NCBI GenBank assembly: GCA_004294095.1
Contig: RDZR01000026.1
Location: 16,411-80,410 of the forward strand
DNA: 64,000 nt
DNA from: Verrucomicrobiota bacterium
GTDB taxonomy: Bacteria; Verrucomicrobiota; Verrucomicrobiia; Verrucomicrobiales; Akkermansiaceae
Direction of reading: 5' to 3'
Position numbers and translations under genes: made by a program. Every line of letters begins with the position of its first letter. Position 1 is the first letter of the stretch. The notes beneath the pieces were generated by a model, which did not search any database, was not told the DNA's origin, and saw only the letters and a program-made list of their open reading frames with translations. Below, one piece after another: positions 24,111-33,134 of the stretch.

Positions 24111-26738
24111 TTAGAAAAGCCGCTTAAACTCTGATCCCGTCAGACACTCATCCCACTTGCTGGCACTTTTACGAAGAAAACGTTCTGCAAGATAGCTGGT
24201 CGCAAGCCTATCGACTGGAGTCAACGAAACGCCACGCATGTGATTGATCGCTTCGACATTGTCTTTCATTGCGCAAGCCCGGAACAAAGAATTGAATGGC
24301 TCCTGAACTACTTGAATATAGCCACTACTAAACCATTCATTTGCCGATGCAGGAAGATCGTTCGGTCGATACAGAGCAATACGAGCTACCCAATCGGCCA
24401 GATAATGGATCTGCTTGGGATCAACCCGGTTTGGGGCAAAAAGCTGATTGCGGACACGCTGCAACATTTGTGGCCCTCGTCGGAAATTGTTGATAATATC
24501 CTCAAAATCGTTCAAAACCGCGCCTCTTGCAGTTCTCACATCTGGTCTTCCATCCAGAACCCCCCGATCTTTCAAGATTCCTCGCACAATCCTGTGAACG
24601 CCATCGCAATCTAAACTAGTATAGTTCCAATTGCCGGCTCGCTCTTTAAACTCTATACCGTAGGCAGCGTGCCAAGTGCTTCGCGTTGCAAAGTCGGCTA
24701 GCTTTTGCTGCCGTGTGGCGGCATGAACATAAACAGCATCAACAGATATATTAATCCATGGGTGCTCAAACAACAGCATCTCAAGGTTCTGCCTTAGCAG
24801 CGTGTGGTAGATGTTGTCCAACGCATTTTCATCGAAGAGAATCGCGCTGTCGATCACCCTGTCGCGGCTGAACCTAAGCAACTCGGGATCAAGAATGGAA
24901 AAGGCTGCAATTCGACTTCCGCTACCCCTCGCAGCATCAATTGCAAGCTGGAAACCCGCGACTTCGTCCTCCGAACCGGGAACTGGTTTTTTAGGAAAGT
25001 AACAAATACTATTGAGTCGATTCTCTCCACCAGGCCGGATTTGGTCAGGTCCGTAGTCCGAGACACCCCATTTTCTGGGCGCATGATTGACGGACCGATG
25101 GAATGCTTCCATGGCATCTTTGTTCTCATGTGACACAACAATGCCGCCCACGGAAAAGCCCGGATCCCTTTGATTGAACGGGTCTCCAGACTCGTCGATG
25201 TAGATCTCGATAAACCGCTTTGGACGTCCTGTATTTTCGTTCTCGCAAATCGCCCGATCCAGCCGAAACGAGGCCAAGGCTTTTCGCGTGTCCATAATCT
25301 TGCAAGCATGATCGACAGCCGAGGAAAAATCCGACCTAATCTCGCCCACCATCTCGCTCCATGAACTACATAGTCCAGCGAGAATCGGCTTACGGAAGGT
25401 GGTGATGATATTTCCATAATCACGGAAAGGGGCAATCAATTCGCTGCGGTGGGTAGATGAAAAAACGATGATTGGCAGCGTTGGATCAATCAGTGCGACC
25501 AATCGTGGCAATAGCGTTTCGTCGGTGTTGGCCGCGTTAAGTTCGGCCAACAATGCCTGTTTTCCCTCTATCGTCACCCAAGGAAGATTCCTAGTTGAGT
25601 TCAAGAGAGTCCGGCCTAAGTCCTCAAGTTGAGATTGGAACTCCCTACCTAACTCCAAGCGAAGATCCAACAGAAGAACGAAATTCGAGTCGGCATGATG
25701 TGGTTCGCCAGTCAAATCAGACGGGTTGAGTGGTTTTTCGCTGGCTATCACAGCCGTGAGACGTTCGCAGAGGTTGCCCATTTTTGCGGGAAACTCTCGT
25801 GAGGGGATAGTGATGAATTCCGAGCTCCCCTCCCTGATCAGTCCGAAGGCAAACTGAACAAACCAGCTCCAAAGATCGGCCATATCGTCAATCATGACAA
25901 TCGAGGAAAACGCTTGCTGTTGTTGCTCAGAGATCCACCACTGAGAATTAGCATCGTTGTCATCTGCGAGCCTATTCGTGTTGGATTTGACTCCGCAAGC
26001 CGTAGCCAACTCCAAGAGGTAAGGAGCGATGGGGAAGTGCGTATTGAGTTGATTGACAAATTCAGAAATACACCCCGGAGCGGCTTGAAAGGGCAGTAAG
26101 AAAGCCCCAAGAACATTGCTCAAGGCGTGATGCTGCTCGCGGTTGGAGGTGAGTTCGCTCCAGATGGTGGATTTAAGGAGGCCACAGAGATGGGGCGTGT
26201 CTTTGAACATACTGCGCTTATCTAATTTGGAATCAGAAAGCCACTTGCAGATCGCTTCCAAGCCGGGAGCATTCAAGACTGCGGCACGGGGGACGAGGGG
26301 CTGGCCCAAGACGTTGCGGGCACCAAGGATCGTCTGCAGCGCACGCGCCGTGCCGCTGGCGGGGCACAGCTCCTGAGGGTCGATGACAGCGATAGCAGCT
26401 TTAGCATCAGGAAACTTCACTTTCCAGGCGGCAAGCCAAGAGGTGGCGGTGAAGTGATCGCGGAAGTTTATCTTCGTGAGGCTGGGAACATCCGTTTCAA
26501 AGACTCCATCCGGCGGATGGTTGCCTATGATCAGGATTTGCTTATACGCATCAGTGAGGTCAATTTCTCGTCCACAAATGGTTGACTTGCCAGTTTCGAG
26601 AGCCTGTATCCAGAGGGCAGAGAAGGTAATCGTGTCGTTGTAGTCGAGAAGAGAGATAGCTGGATTCGCTGTCTTCCCGGGGCCGTGTAGGATCCGCCCG
26701 AGAGCCTCGAAGAATGGTGATGTCTCGATGTTCTTCAT
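24111..26738 (-). CDS. 875-aa multidomain protein: unknown N-terminal domain + receiver-like domain + DUF3800-like C-terminal domain
   Basis: The central region carries 'VMIDDMAD' ... 'VLLLDLRLE' ... 'IIVFSSTH' ... 'TTFRKP', the receiver D-D/D/S-T/K-P pattern. The C-terminal region starts with 'IEIYIDESGDPF' and contains 'QIHYLADWVA', like DUF3800 (from memory). Confidence 0.6.
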   Translation of the reverse strand: MKNIETSPFFEALGRILHGPGKTANPAISLLDYNDTITFSALWIQALETGKSTICGREIDLTDAYKQILIIGNHPPDGVFETDVPSLTKINFRDHFTATSWLAAWKVKFPDAKAAIAVIDPQELCPASGTARALQTILGARNVLGQPLVPRAAVLNAPGLEAICKWLSDSKLDKRSMFKDTPHLCGLLKSTIWSELTSNREQHHALSNVLGAFLLPFQAAPGCISEFVNQLNTHFPIAPYLLELATACGVKSNTNRLADDNDANSQWWISEQQQQAFSSIVMIDDMADLWSWFVQFAFGLIREGSSEFITIPSREFPAKMGNLCERLTAVIASEKPLNPSDLTGEPHHADSNFVLLLDLRLELGREFQSQLEDLGRTLLNSTRNLPWVTIEGKQALLAELNAANTDETLLPRLVALIDPTLPIIVFSSTHRSELIAPFRDYGNIITTFRKPILAGLCSSWSEMVGEIRSDFSSAVDHACKIMDTRKALASFRLDRAICENENTGRPKRFIEIYIDESGDPFNQRDPGFSVGGIVVSHENKDAMEAFHRSVNHAPRKWGVSDYGPDQIRPGGENRLNSICYFPKKPVPGSEDEVAGFQLAIDAARGSGSRIAAFSILDPELLRFSRDRVIDSAILFDENALDNIYHTLLRQNLEMLLFEHPWINISVDAVYVHAATRQQKLADFATRSTWHAAYGIEFKERAGNWNYTSLDCDGVHRIVRGILKDRGVLDGRPDVRTARGAVLNDFEDIINNFRRGPQMLQRVRNQLFAPNRVDPKQIHYLADWVARIALYRPNDLPASANEWFSSGYIQVVQEPFNSLFRACAMKDNVEAINHMRGVSLTPVDRLATSYLAERFLRKSASKWDECLTGSEFKRLF

Positions 26739-27466
26739 GGCCGAAGTGTATTAAGGAAATCCAGTTTCTCGGAGAGCGCCTTGGATGCGGATACCAGATT
26801 TTGCCCGCTCTTTGACGCTTTTACGACCTCCGCCGCCAATTTGGTGAGATCGTCCGGTGGTTTAACAATCGTGATGCGGTTGCATTCTTCTGTCTCGATT
26901 CCAGACGCCTCCATCAAAAGCCTTGCAGCCATAACTACCTCGTTGAGCCATGCGATGTCGGTTGATGCGCATGCACCTGCCTCGTCCCGAAGTGTCCGGA
27001 GCACTTGAAGCTCTTGATTCACAACTTGTTTTAGGAAATCCGCGTCGCATCGAGGAGGCAGAACGCCTGCATAAAATCTGACACGTAAAGACGGATAGCC
27101 TTCCAGTGGTCCTCCTTTACCAGTTGCGGCTAAACACCACTCGCTTCTTGTTGCCAATTTTGTGTCGCCCCCAGAGTAAAGAATAACGTAAGGCTCGGAA
27201 CCCGCCGGGCAATTCCTCAGGCACTTTATAAACCCTTGAATCTGGACAGAGTGCGAGTACTCGTTCTCCCAGTTCGTTAGAGTAAGGTCAGGATGTTCAC
27301 CTCGCTCATGCTCGTGTGTATGAGCGAAGACAAGATCAACTGGATCGAATGTTGGTGGGAAACTGCTGTCATGCTCGTGTGCAAAAACAATCTCAGTCAG
27401 ACCACCAGTGGGAAATGCATTCTTCCACGCTTCAACGCGACAGGTATCAATAATGTAGATCTTCAT
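26735..27466 (-). CDS. Hypothetical 243-aa protein (possible degenerate flavodoxin/receiver-like N-terminus)
   Basis: An ATG ORF with an ATGA overlap onto the 875-aa gene. The strand pattern 'KIYIIDT', 'DLVFAH', 'YVILYSGG' is suggestive only, and there is no K-P. Confidence 0.5.
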   Translation of the reverse strand: MKIYIIDTCRVEAWKNAFPTGGLTEIVFAHEHDSSFPPTFDPVDLVFAHTHEHERGEHPDLTLTNWENEYSHSVQIQGFIKCLRNCPAGSEPYVILYSGGDTKLATRSEWCLAATGKGGPLEGYPSLRVRFYAGVLPPRCDADFLKQVVNQELQVLRTLRDEAGACASTDIAWLNEVVMAARLLMEASGIETEECNRITIVKPPDDLTKLAAEVVKASKSGQNLVSASKALSEKLDFLNTLRP

Positions 27467-27470
27467 GTTT

Positions 27471-30335
27471 CTATTTTTTATCGAATGTAATTGTCTGTTC
27501 GTCTCTGTTCACCGTGAATTTGAAAGCTAGCTCTAAATGCCCATACAAAGATATTGGGGCCGTAGTCTCAAATTCGGTGATTTTGCAGAATGCATCCAGC
27601 AGGACTGATGCTTCTTCGCACTTATTGCCGCCCACTTTCTCCGAAAGCGATTTTTTCAGCTTCAGTGTTACACTGAAGCTCTTACTGTTAAAGTTACCTT
27701 CATAATTCAGTATGATCTTTTCTAGCAACGATTGACTTCGCAAACTGTGCGCGAGCTCGGCAAGAACGATGGAAGGGTCTTTGTCGCTGAAAAACGCACT
27801 CGATGGAAAATCGGCAGGCTCATCAAACTCTTCATTCCCAGATACAACAATAATCGGGATTTCCGTATTCATCCCACTCTCAGTCATCTTTACTGTGGCC
27901 GCCTGCAGCAGCCTATGTAGTCGTCCTGAGGTAAACCGAACTCCAACTCCCTTGTTAGCTCGCGTCTTGCAGAAAACAGCTTTCAGATTGGCAAAGGGGC
28001 CTTTTGTGCGCGGGCAGGCTTGTGCAAAATTTGGATCGCAATCGACATTTCTCTTCAAGCAGTCTGATTGGACATCGTTTAGCTGAGACAATTGCGCGAT
28101 CATCCAAACAAAAAGAAAATGATCAAGGGTGCTCTGCCCGAAGTAATCGCAGACAACTTTCGATGATGACTTTTTTCCATTTCTCAGAAATGCCAAAGCT
28201 GCGGGAAGCCATGATTCATCAATTCCGCTTTTCAGATCGCCAGAATAACCAAGGATTCGGAACATAGCCCGAAGACGATCCAAGTGATGATTGCAAAACC
28301 AAGCTTCGTGACCACTCACACCTCCAGGAACGTCTTCGAAAAATCTGCCCTCCTCAAACCACAGCGAGATTCGAAGTGCTGAATCGAGAATAGCGACTTT
28401 CTTCTCCTTTTCCCAAATAGATCGCAAGCGTGAGTTCATAGCTTTGACAGCAGCCATCTCTTTGATGGGATAAGAAGGAAGTCCCAGAACCCATGATTTC
28501 CATTCGCGTCCGAGAACTCCGCCGGTGCGCTGTGTTGAATCGCCCAGCCAATAATCCTGGGGAGTAGACTCAGTTTTTTCCCGGCCAAACAAATATCGGT
28601 CAACGATTTCCAGCTTGGAGCTGACATCCCTATACCTGGGGAAATTGGACCAATCAGCTTCCAAACAGGCTTGGATCCAGGGACGAACAATCGTTATTCT
28701 CACAGATTCGTCAGTTAGCAGAACAAGGATGTCGTCGTGAAGGGACTTGAGGGTTGAGTAAAAGACATCAAAGGAAGTAGTTTTGGGATCAAATGGCTTC
28801 GGAAACTTGAGCGCGAGGCAAAACAATGGCAGACTGCCAAAATAGATGGGAAGCATGAAGTAACTCGGATAGTCCGTCTCATCTCCCCAGCACCCCCGTT
28901 TAAGCTTTTTGTTCTTACTGTCTGAGGAATTCAGTCCAAAGACTTCTAATTCAAGTTCTTCAAGAGCAATATCGACAGCGGTTAACTGGTAGTCCGAAGC
29001 CCATTGCGTAGCAAAGGCCTGAACGCTGCTGGATCGGGCGAAGCATGTCTGAAAAACGCCATTTGCACTTGGATAATGAGTTTGCGCACGACTGGGATGC
29101 TCAATCAGCATGGGGTGCGTGGAGATAGTGGTATCAAGCCCTCGGAACAACGGCACGATCCGGGCAAACACAAGGCAAGGGTCGAAAGGAAGAATAACCA
29201 ATGCCTCTCTGCTCCCGGACGTAGATCCTTTTTGGTTTTTCGGATCATCGAACAATGAAATCATCATTGAGATTCGTTCGGAGTTCGAAACCACCGATTC
29301 GTTGATCGAACCTTCTATTACTGAAAAAAATGCATCGTTTAGAATTCCCGCCAAGGGATCGCGAGAGACAAGCACATGGCAGTCCATGGCTCCCCATCCC
29401 GTCTCATGATGTAGGGACAATTGCCGAATGTAACTGACGTCTTTGTTCTCCCCATCCTTCCGAACAAGCATTCCATTTGTTCGCCCCTCCTTTAGTACCT
29501 TATCGGCTTGTTCGCGGGTGAATCTAAGCCCGGATGGCATACCCTCAACGCCGCCAAATAGCTCGGTGGTTGTGTACGCCGCCTGGGTAGATTTAAAGAA
29601 CCATCCATCCTTTCGATTTGCGGGTGGCGGCTCTTCCCAAATTCCTCGTCTAAGTAGCCTATCTGCGATCTTCTCCGTCTTGAGCCATAAGGTTTTACCG
29701 TCCTCCGGAGGCCGTCCATGTTCTAAATAAATGGCACCCACTTTGCTAAGATTACTAACAACTGAGTCCCATGTAGAATAGACATCGACCAGAAGAATTG
29801 AAGGGCGAAGATCCAGAATAGCGTTAGTCAAGCATTGCTGGTCAAAGTGAAACCAGGTGTGAGCCATGATCAGAAGAGCCGTTGTCCCCCAAGCGTCCTC
29901 ATTATCTTCCTTATCGAATAGACTTCTCAATGCATGATCGGGGCATGGATCACATACACTGAATTGAGCTTTAGACTTGGCAGTTTTGGCGCTACGATTC
30001 GCCTGCTCAATTGCAGCTGGAGAACAATCCAGCCCGTAGAACTCCAATTTTGTTTTTGATGCGAATTTCGTGAGGTGATTCAGGAAACTTCCCTCTCCAC
30101 ATCCGTAATCGACGACCCGCGTGATATGAGGCAGGGCGGGATCACTGCCACATCTAGATAAAACTCGACACCATATCTGCTCTGCAGATTGTTTTTGCTT
30201 GTCTTCGAAATCGGGGAAAAGCTTGCTGAACATCTTCTGTGCATAAAGCATCTTCCCATAGTCATGGGGTTCGTCCCTTTCAAGTGTTAGAGTATCACAC
30301 ATAATATTATTTAAATAGATGTAGGGATGCTTCAC
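27471..30335 (-). CDS. 954-aa protein: N-terminal class-I SAM-dependent methyltransferase fused to ~750 aa of unknown function
   Basis: 'VVDYGCGEGSFLNHL' (motif I) is followed by 'LEFYGLDCSPAAIEQA' (motif II acidic residue). I recognise nothing in the remainder. The GTG at 30335 overlaps the upstream gene by 29 nt. The alternative ATG at 30302 leaves a 4-nt gap. Confidence 0.65.
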   Translation of the reverse strand: MKHPYIYLNNIMCDTLTLERDEPHDYGKMLYAQKMFSKLFPDFEDKQKQSAEQIWCRVLSRCGSDPALPHITRVVDYGCGEGSFLNHLTKFASKTKLEFYGLDCSPAAIEQANRSAKTAKSKAQFSVCDPCPDHALRSLFDKEDNEDAWGTTALLIMAHTWFHFDQQCLTNAILDLRPSILLVDVYSTWDSVVSNLSKVGAIYLEHGRPPEDGKTLWLKTEKIADRLLRRGIWEEPPPANRKDGWFFKSTQAAYTTTELFGGVEGMPSGLRFTREQADKVLKEGRTNGMLVRKDGENKDVSYIRQLSLHHETGWGAMDCHVLVSRDPLAGILNDAFFSVIEGSINESVVSNSERISMMISLFDDPKNQKGSTSGSREALVILPFDPCLVFARIVPLFRGLDTTISTHPMLIEHPSRAQTHYPSANGVFQTCFARSSSVQAFATQWASDYQLTAVDIALEELELEVFGLNSSDSKNKKLKRGCWGDETDYPSYFMLPIYFGSLPLFCLALKFPKPFDPKTTSFDVFYSTLKSLHDDILVLLTDESVRITIVRPWIQACLEADWSNFPRYRDVSSKLEIVDRYLFGREKTESTPQDYWLGDSTQRTGGVLGREWKSWVLGLPSYPIKEMAAVKAMNSRLRSIWEKEKKVAILDSALRISLWFEEGRFFEDVPGGVSGHEAWFCNHHLDRLRAMFRILGYSGDLKSGIDESWLPAALAFLRNGKKSSSKVVCDYFGQSTLDHFLFVWMIAQLSQLNDVQSDCLKRNVDCDPNFAQACPRTKGPFANLKAVFCKTRANKGVGVRFTSGRLHRLLQAATVKMTESGMNTEIPIIVVSGNEEFDEPADFPSSAFFSDKDPSIVLAELAHSLRSQSLLEKIILNYEGNFNSKSFSVTLKLKKSLSEKVGGNKCEEASVLLDAFCKITEFETTAPISLYGHLELAFKFTVNRDEQTITFDKK

Positions 30336-31170
30336 ATTCCGCTATAAGAGTTGCCTCACTTTCGACTCCGGCAGAAGGGAATCCAAGATTCAAAATGGAC
30401 GTGGTCCTGGCCCCAAAAATTTCAACGGCGCGCATTGATCCCAATTCAACGTAATGCCTACAAACAGATGGAAAAAGGCTAACAAAGGCAGTGGCGCCTG
30501 TTCGAGTGGTTGCCTCGTATATCATTTCTGCAACTTCTCCTGTGCAATCCGCTGACTTTCCCGTGCAATACGCTTCCTGCAATGCTCCGGAAAGATCCGG
30601 AAGTAAACAGACGACATTCCCATTTGACTCCTCTATCCGTGCAGATGGAGGAAGCTTGCCGTCCGCAATCAACTGTGCCATGCGATTTTTGTGACGATTT
30701 CGTAAGTTCATTTCACCATAAAACGGTGCGGTCGATACGGCGTTCGATACAGGAGGCTTCGGCTCTAGCAACGCAACGCTGTCAGAGTGTAAAGCGAGCG
30801 TTTCAGAATAGACCTGTGGTAACCCTATTTGGCCCGTATAGAAGCTGGACCGATTCACGTCTTTCGGGACGTATTGCCAATCGTTTACCGCAATCATCAC
30901 ATGCTTTTGTGGGGTCTCAAGTTCCGCCATCAGTTTCAACGCGAGTTTCCAAGTAAGAATGGGAAAGTGACCATAAGCCTCGAAAAATGGTTCTATAACC
31001 GGGGTTATGGGCTCACCTTGAACGCAGGAAACGAGGCAACCTTTTGACTTGTCATACATCAGCAGAAAATGCCCTGCCTGGAAAACAACGGATTGCGCAT
31101 CCCCTACAGCCGCGATCGTCAAATCGCGAAGAGCTTCGTAGTCTTTAGGAAAATGGTGCGTAAGATTCAT
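30307..31170 (-). CDS. Hypothetical 287-aa protein translationally coupled to the cysteine desulfurase
   Basis: An ATG ORF with an ATGA overlap onto the desulfurase stop. It contains a Cys pair, 'CTGKSADCTGE'. No known family and no PP-loop SGGxDS. Confidence 0.55.
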   Translation of the reverse strand: MNLTHHFPKDYEALRDLTIAAVGDAQSVVFQAGHFLLMYDKSKGCLVSCVQGEPITPVIEPFFEAYGHFPILTWKLALKLMAELETPQKHVMIAVNDWQYVPKDVNRSSFYTGQIGLPQVYSETLALHSDSVALLEPKPPVSNAVSTAPFYGEMNLRNRHKNRMAQLIADGKLPPSARIEESNGNVVCLLPDLSGALQEAYCTGKSADCTGEVAEMIYEATTRTGATAFVSLFPSVCRHYVELGSMRAVEIFGARTTSILNLGFPSAGVESEATLIAECEASLHLFK

Positions 31171-32303
31171 TGGCTGGTGGCTGGAGTGAGATTAAACGCC
31201 TGCTCCACCATTGTGGCGGCAGCGACAATCTCTTCTGAGGTGGTATGGCAACTGAGGCTGAAACGCAAAGTGCCGTTGGCACGTTCCTCCGAAAAGCCCA
31301 TCAATCTGATAACATGTGAGGACTTCCCCCCACTGGAACAGGCGGCCCCTGCCGAAACTGCCACACCAAAACGGTTGAGAGCGGCGACTAGATCCGCAGC
31401 GTTGCGTCCGGGACAGTAGAGGCTAATGGTATTTGAAAGGCGAAGGCTGAGACGGCCATGGACCTCAGAGCCGGGGATTTTCTCCAATAGATTGATCTCC
31501 AGCTGATTTCGGAGCGATTCTACACGAGACCCTGCTTCGAGACTTCGCTGGAGCAGGCTTGCGGCAACACCGCAACCGACAATGGAAGGTAGGTTCTCGG
31601 TCCCGGCCCGAAGTCCCTGTTGTTGATGGCCTGGAGCGGGAATGCGGCGGTGGAAATCACCAACGGGGCGCTGTTTCAGGAAGAGGATTCCGCAGCCTGG
31701 GGGTCCGTGAAACTTGTGAGCTGACAAGCTGGCCGCAGCACAGTCGAGGCTATCAAGATGCAATGGTAATTTTCCCACTGCCTGGATCGCATCCACGTGG
31801 AGTAGCGATCCGGCCTCACGGCAAATTGCTGAAACGGATGCGATGTCGGCAATGACACCTGTTTCATTATTGGCGAATCCGACGGAAACCAAAGAAGGCA
31901 GTTTGCTTGCCGCCCATCTCAAATAATCTAGATCGAGGGCACCCTCGGCATCAACTGGCACGCACAACACTTTTCTCCCATCTGCCCAACGCTCGGCCGC
32001 CCGAAGGACAGCACTGTGCTCCACTGAGGAAATTAGAATTTGGCGGATGTCGGGCGACAACAAACATGAAAAACCCAAGTTGATGGACTCTGTGCCGGAT
32101 GCCGTGAATACCAGACTGGCTGGTGAGGCAATACCGCATGCGGAAGCGGTGGTGTAGCGCGCACTCTCAAGGGCTTCCCTTGCGTTCCGGCCCATTTCGT
32201 GGGCGCTGGAGGGGTTGCCCCAGTTCTGACTGAGCGTATTCGTAACTGCGTCGATAACCTCGGGCAGCGGTGCGGTCGTTGAATTGTTGTCCAAGTAAAT
32301 CAT
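31167..32303 (-). CDS. Cysteine desulfurase (NifS/IscS-type class-V aminotransferase)
   Basis: 'IYLDNNSTTAP', 'GNPSSAH', 'FTASGTESIN', PLP-lysine 'SAHKFHGPPGCG', and the active-site loop 'SAGAACSSGG'. I chose the ATG at 32303. Confidence 0.88.
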   Translation of the reverse strand: MIYLDNNSTTAPLPEVIDAVTNTLSQNWGNPSSAHEMGRNAREALESARYTTASACGIASPASLVFTASGTESINLGFSCLLSPDIRQILISSVEHSAVLRAAERWADGRKVLCVPVDAEGALDLDYLRWAASKLPSLVSVGFANNETGVIADIASVSAICREAGSLLHVDAIQAVGKLPLHLDSLDCAAASLSAHKFHGPPGCGILFLKQRPVGDFHRRIPAPGHQQQGLRAGTENLPSIVGCGVAASLLQRSLEAGSRVESLRNQLEINLLEKIPGSEVHGRLSLRLSNTISLYCPGRNAADLVAALNRFGVAVSAGAACSSGGKSSHVIRLMGFSEERANGTLRFSLSCHTTSEEIVAAATMVEQAFNLTPATSQ

Positions 32304-32968
32304 TTTTGATGCAAAAAAGCCAGAGTGTGTTTCCGAATCGAATCTCGGTAGCTGATTTCGTCTGCGCGTTTGTCTGGGATTTGGTGGAAAATTGCTGAGG
32401 GAAAGCAGCACGCTAAGTGTTTAGAGAATGAGATTGGATGAAGTTCATCATTTGGCATTCCCAAGATCATTACGGGTTGTTGAATAGACCGCAGTTCGGT
32501 AAGGCTAAACCCCGGATCGAGGCCCAATAGAGAATGAAGCTGTTTGGGAATCTCTGATTTAGCGGAGGCAAAATCCACACTACATTCAGGCGTAGGCCAT
32601 GCGGGCCTGAGAAGTATGAGTTTGGTTACCATTGAAATGCTGGCTAAAGCGAGTTTGACGGCTACAAGGGCTCCGAGTGAAAGGCCACCCATTGCATGCG
32701 GTTGTTGAACCACCTGTTTGGAGAACCAAACTTGATCTTCAAGTAATTGAGATAACGTTGGCGATGTACAATCAGTCATTTCGGTGCTTCCATGCCCCCG
32801 GAAATTCATACTGTAGAGACATATTCCCGGCAGCGGCGAGAGAACTTCGAACACCTGATTTGCTGATCCACCCAATCCATGCTGAAAGACTAACGGATTT
32901 CCTTTACCTTCTTGGAGATACCTATGCGCATCACCAAATTCATGTTTTGTAGATTTCCAGGAAGGCAT
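32300..32968 (-). CDS. Alpha/beta-fold hydrolase
   Basis: 'LVFQHGLGGS' (HG oxyanion), 'GGLSLGALVA' (GxSxG), and a C-terminal Asp/His region 'NDELHP'. There is an ATGA overlap with the desulfurase. Confidence 0.7.
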   Translation of the reverse strand: MPSWKSTKHEFGDAHRYLQEGKGNPLVFQHGLGGSANQVFEVLSPLPGICLYSMNFRGHGSTEMTDCTSPTLSQLLEDQVWFSKQVVQQPHAMGGLSLGALVAVKLALASISMVTKLILLRPAWPTPECSVDFASAKSEIPKQLHSLLGLDPGFSLTELRSIQQPVMILGMPNDELHPISFSKHLACCFPSAIFHQIPDKRADEISYRDSIRKHTLAFLHQK

Positions 32969-32999
32969 TTTCAGAACTGACTGTATCGAACAACATCAA

Positions 33000-33122
33000 C
33001 TACTTATCTATTACCTTGGAATCTTCATGGAGGTATTTCACGAAGCGGATCACAGAGACAAGACTTGCTACTCCACTGATAATGGCGATCAACGGAAAGA
33101 GATAGATTGAGATTTGGAGCAT
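33000..33122 (-). CDS. 40-aa single-TM peptide downstream of the symporter (possible symporter small accessory protein)
   Basis: Minus-strand ATG at 33122 to TAG at 33000 gives MLQISIYLFPLIAIISGVASLVSVIRFVKYLHEDSKVIDK. It begins 12 nt after the symporter stop. It is absent from the ORF track, which lists no ORF shorter than 60 aa. Confidence 0.4.
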   Translation of the reverse strand: MLQISIYLFPLIAIISGVASLVSVIRFVKYLHEDSKVIDK

Positions 33123-33134
33123 TGATGAGTTTGG

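Noticed and set aside
18672-26738. Detocs-like defensive two-component system
   Set aside because: Detocs needs a dedicated histidine kinase plus a buffer receiver and a receiver-effector. No HisKA/HATPase motifs were seen in any island ORF. The neighbouring HK (40244-42022) forms an ordinary pair with its own OmpR regulator outside the island.
27471-32968. Calling the desulfurase region a Dnd or Ssp DNA-phosphorothioation system
   Set aside because: Only the cysteine desulfurase component is recognisable. I found no PP-loop (SGGxDS) DndC/SspD-like protein, no SMC-like DndD/SspC P-loop protein, and no DndB/DndE-like protein. The analogy is kept only as a hypothesis.
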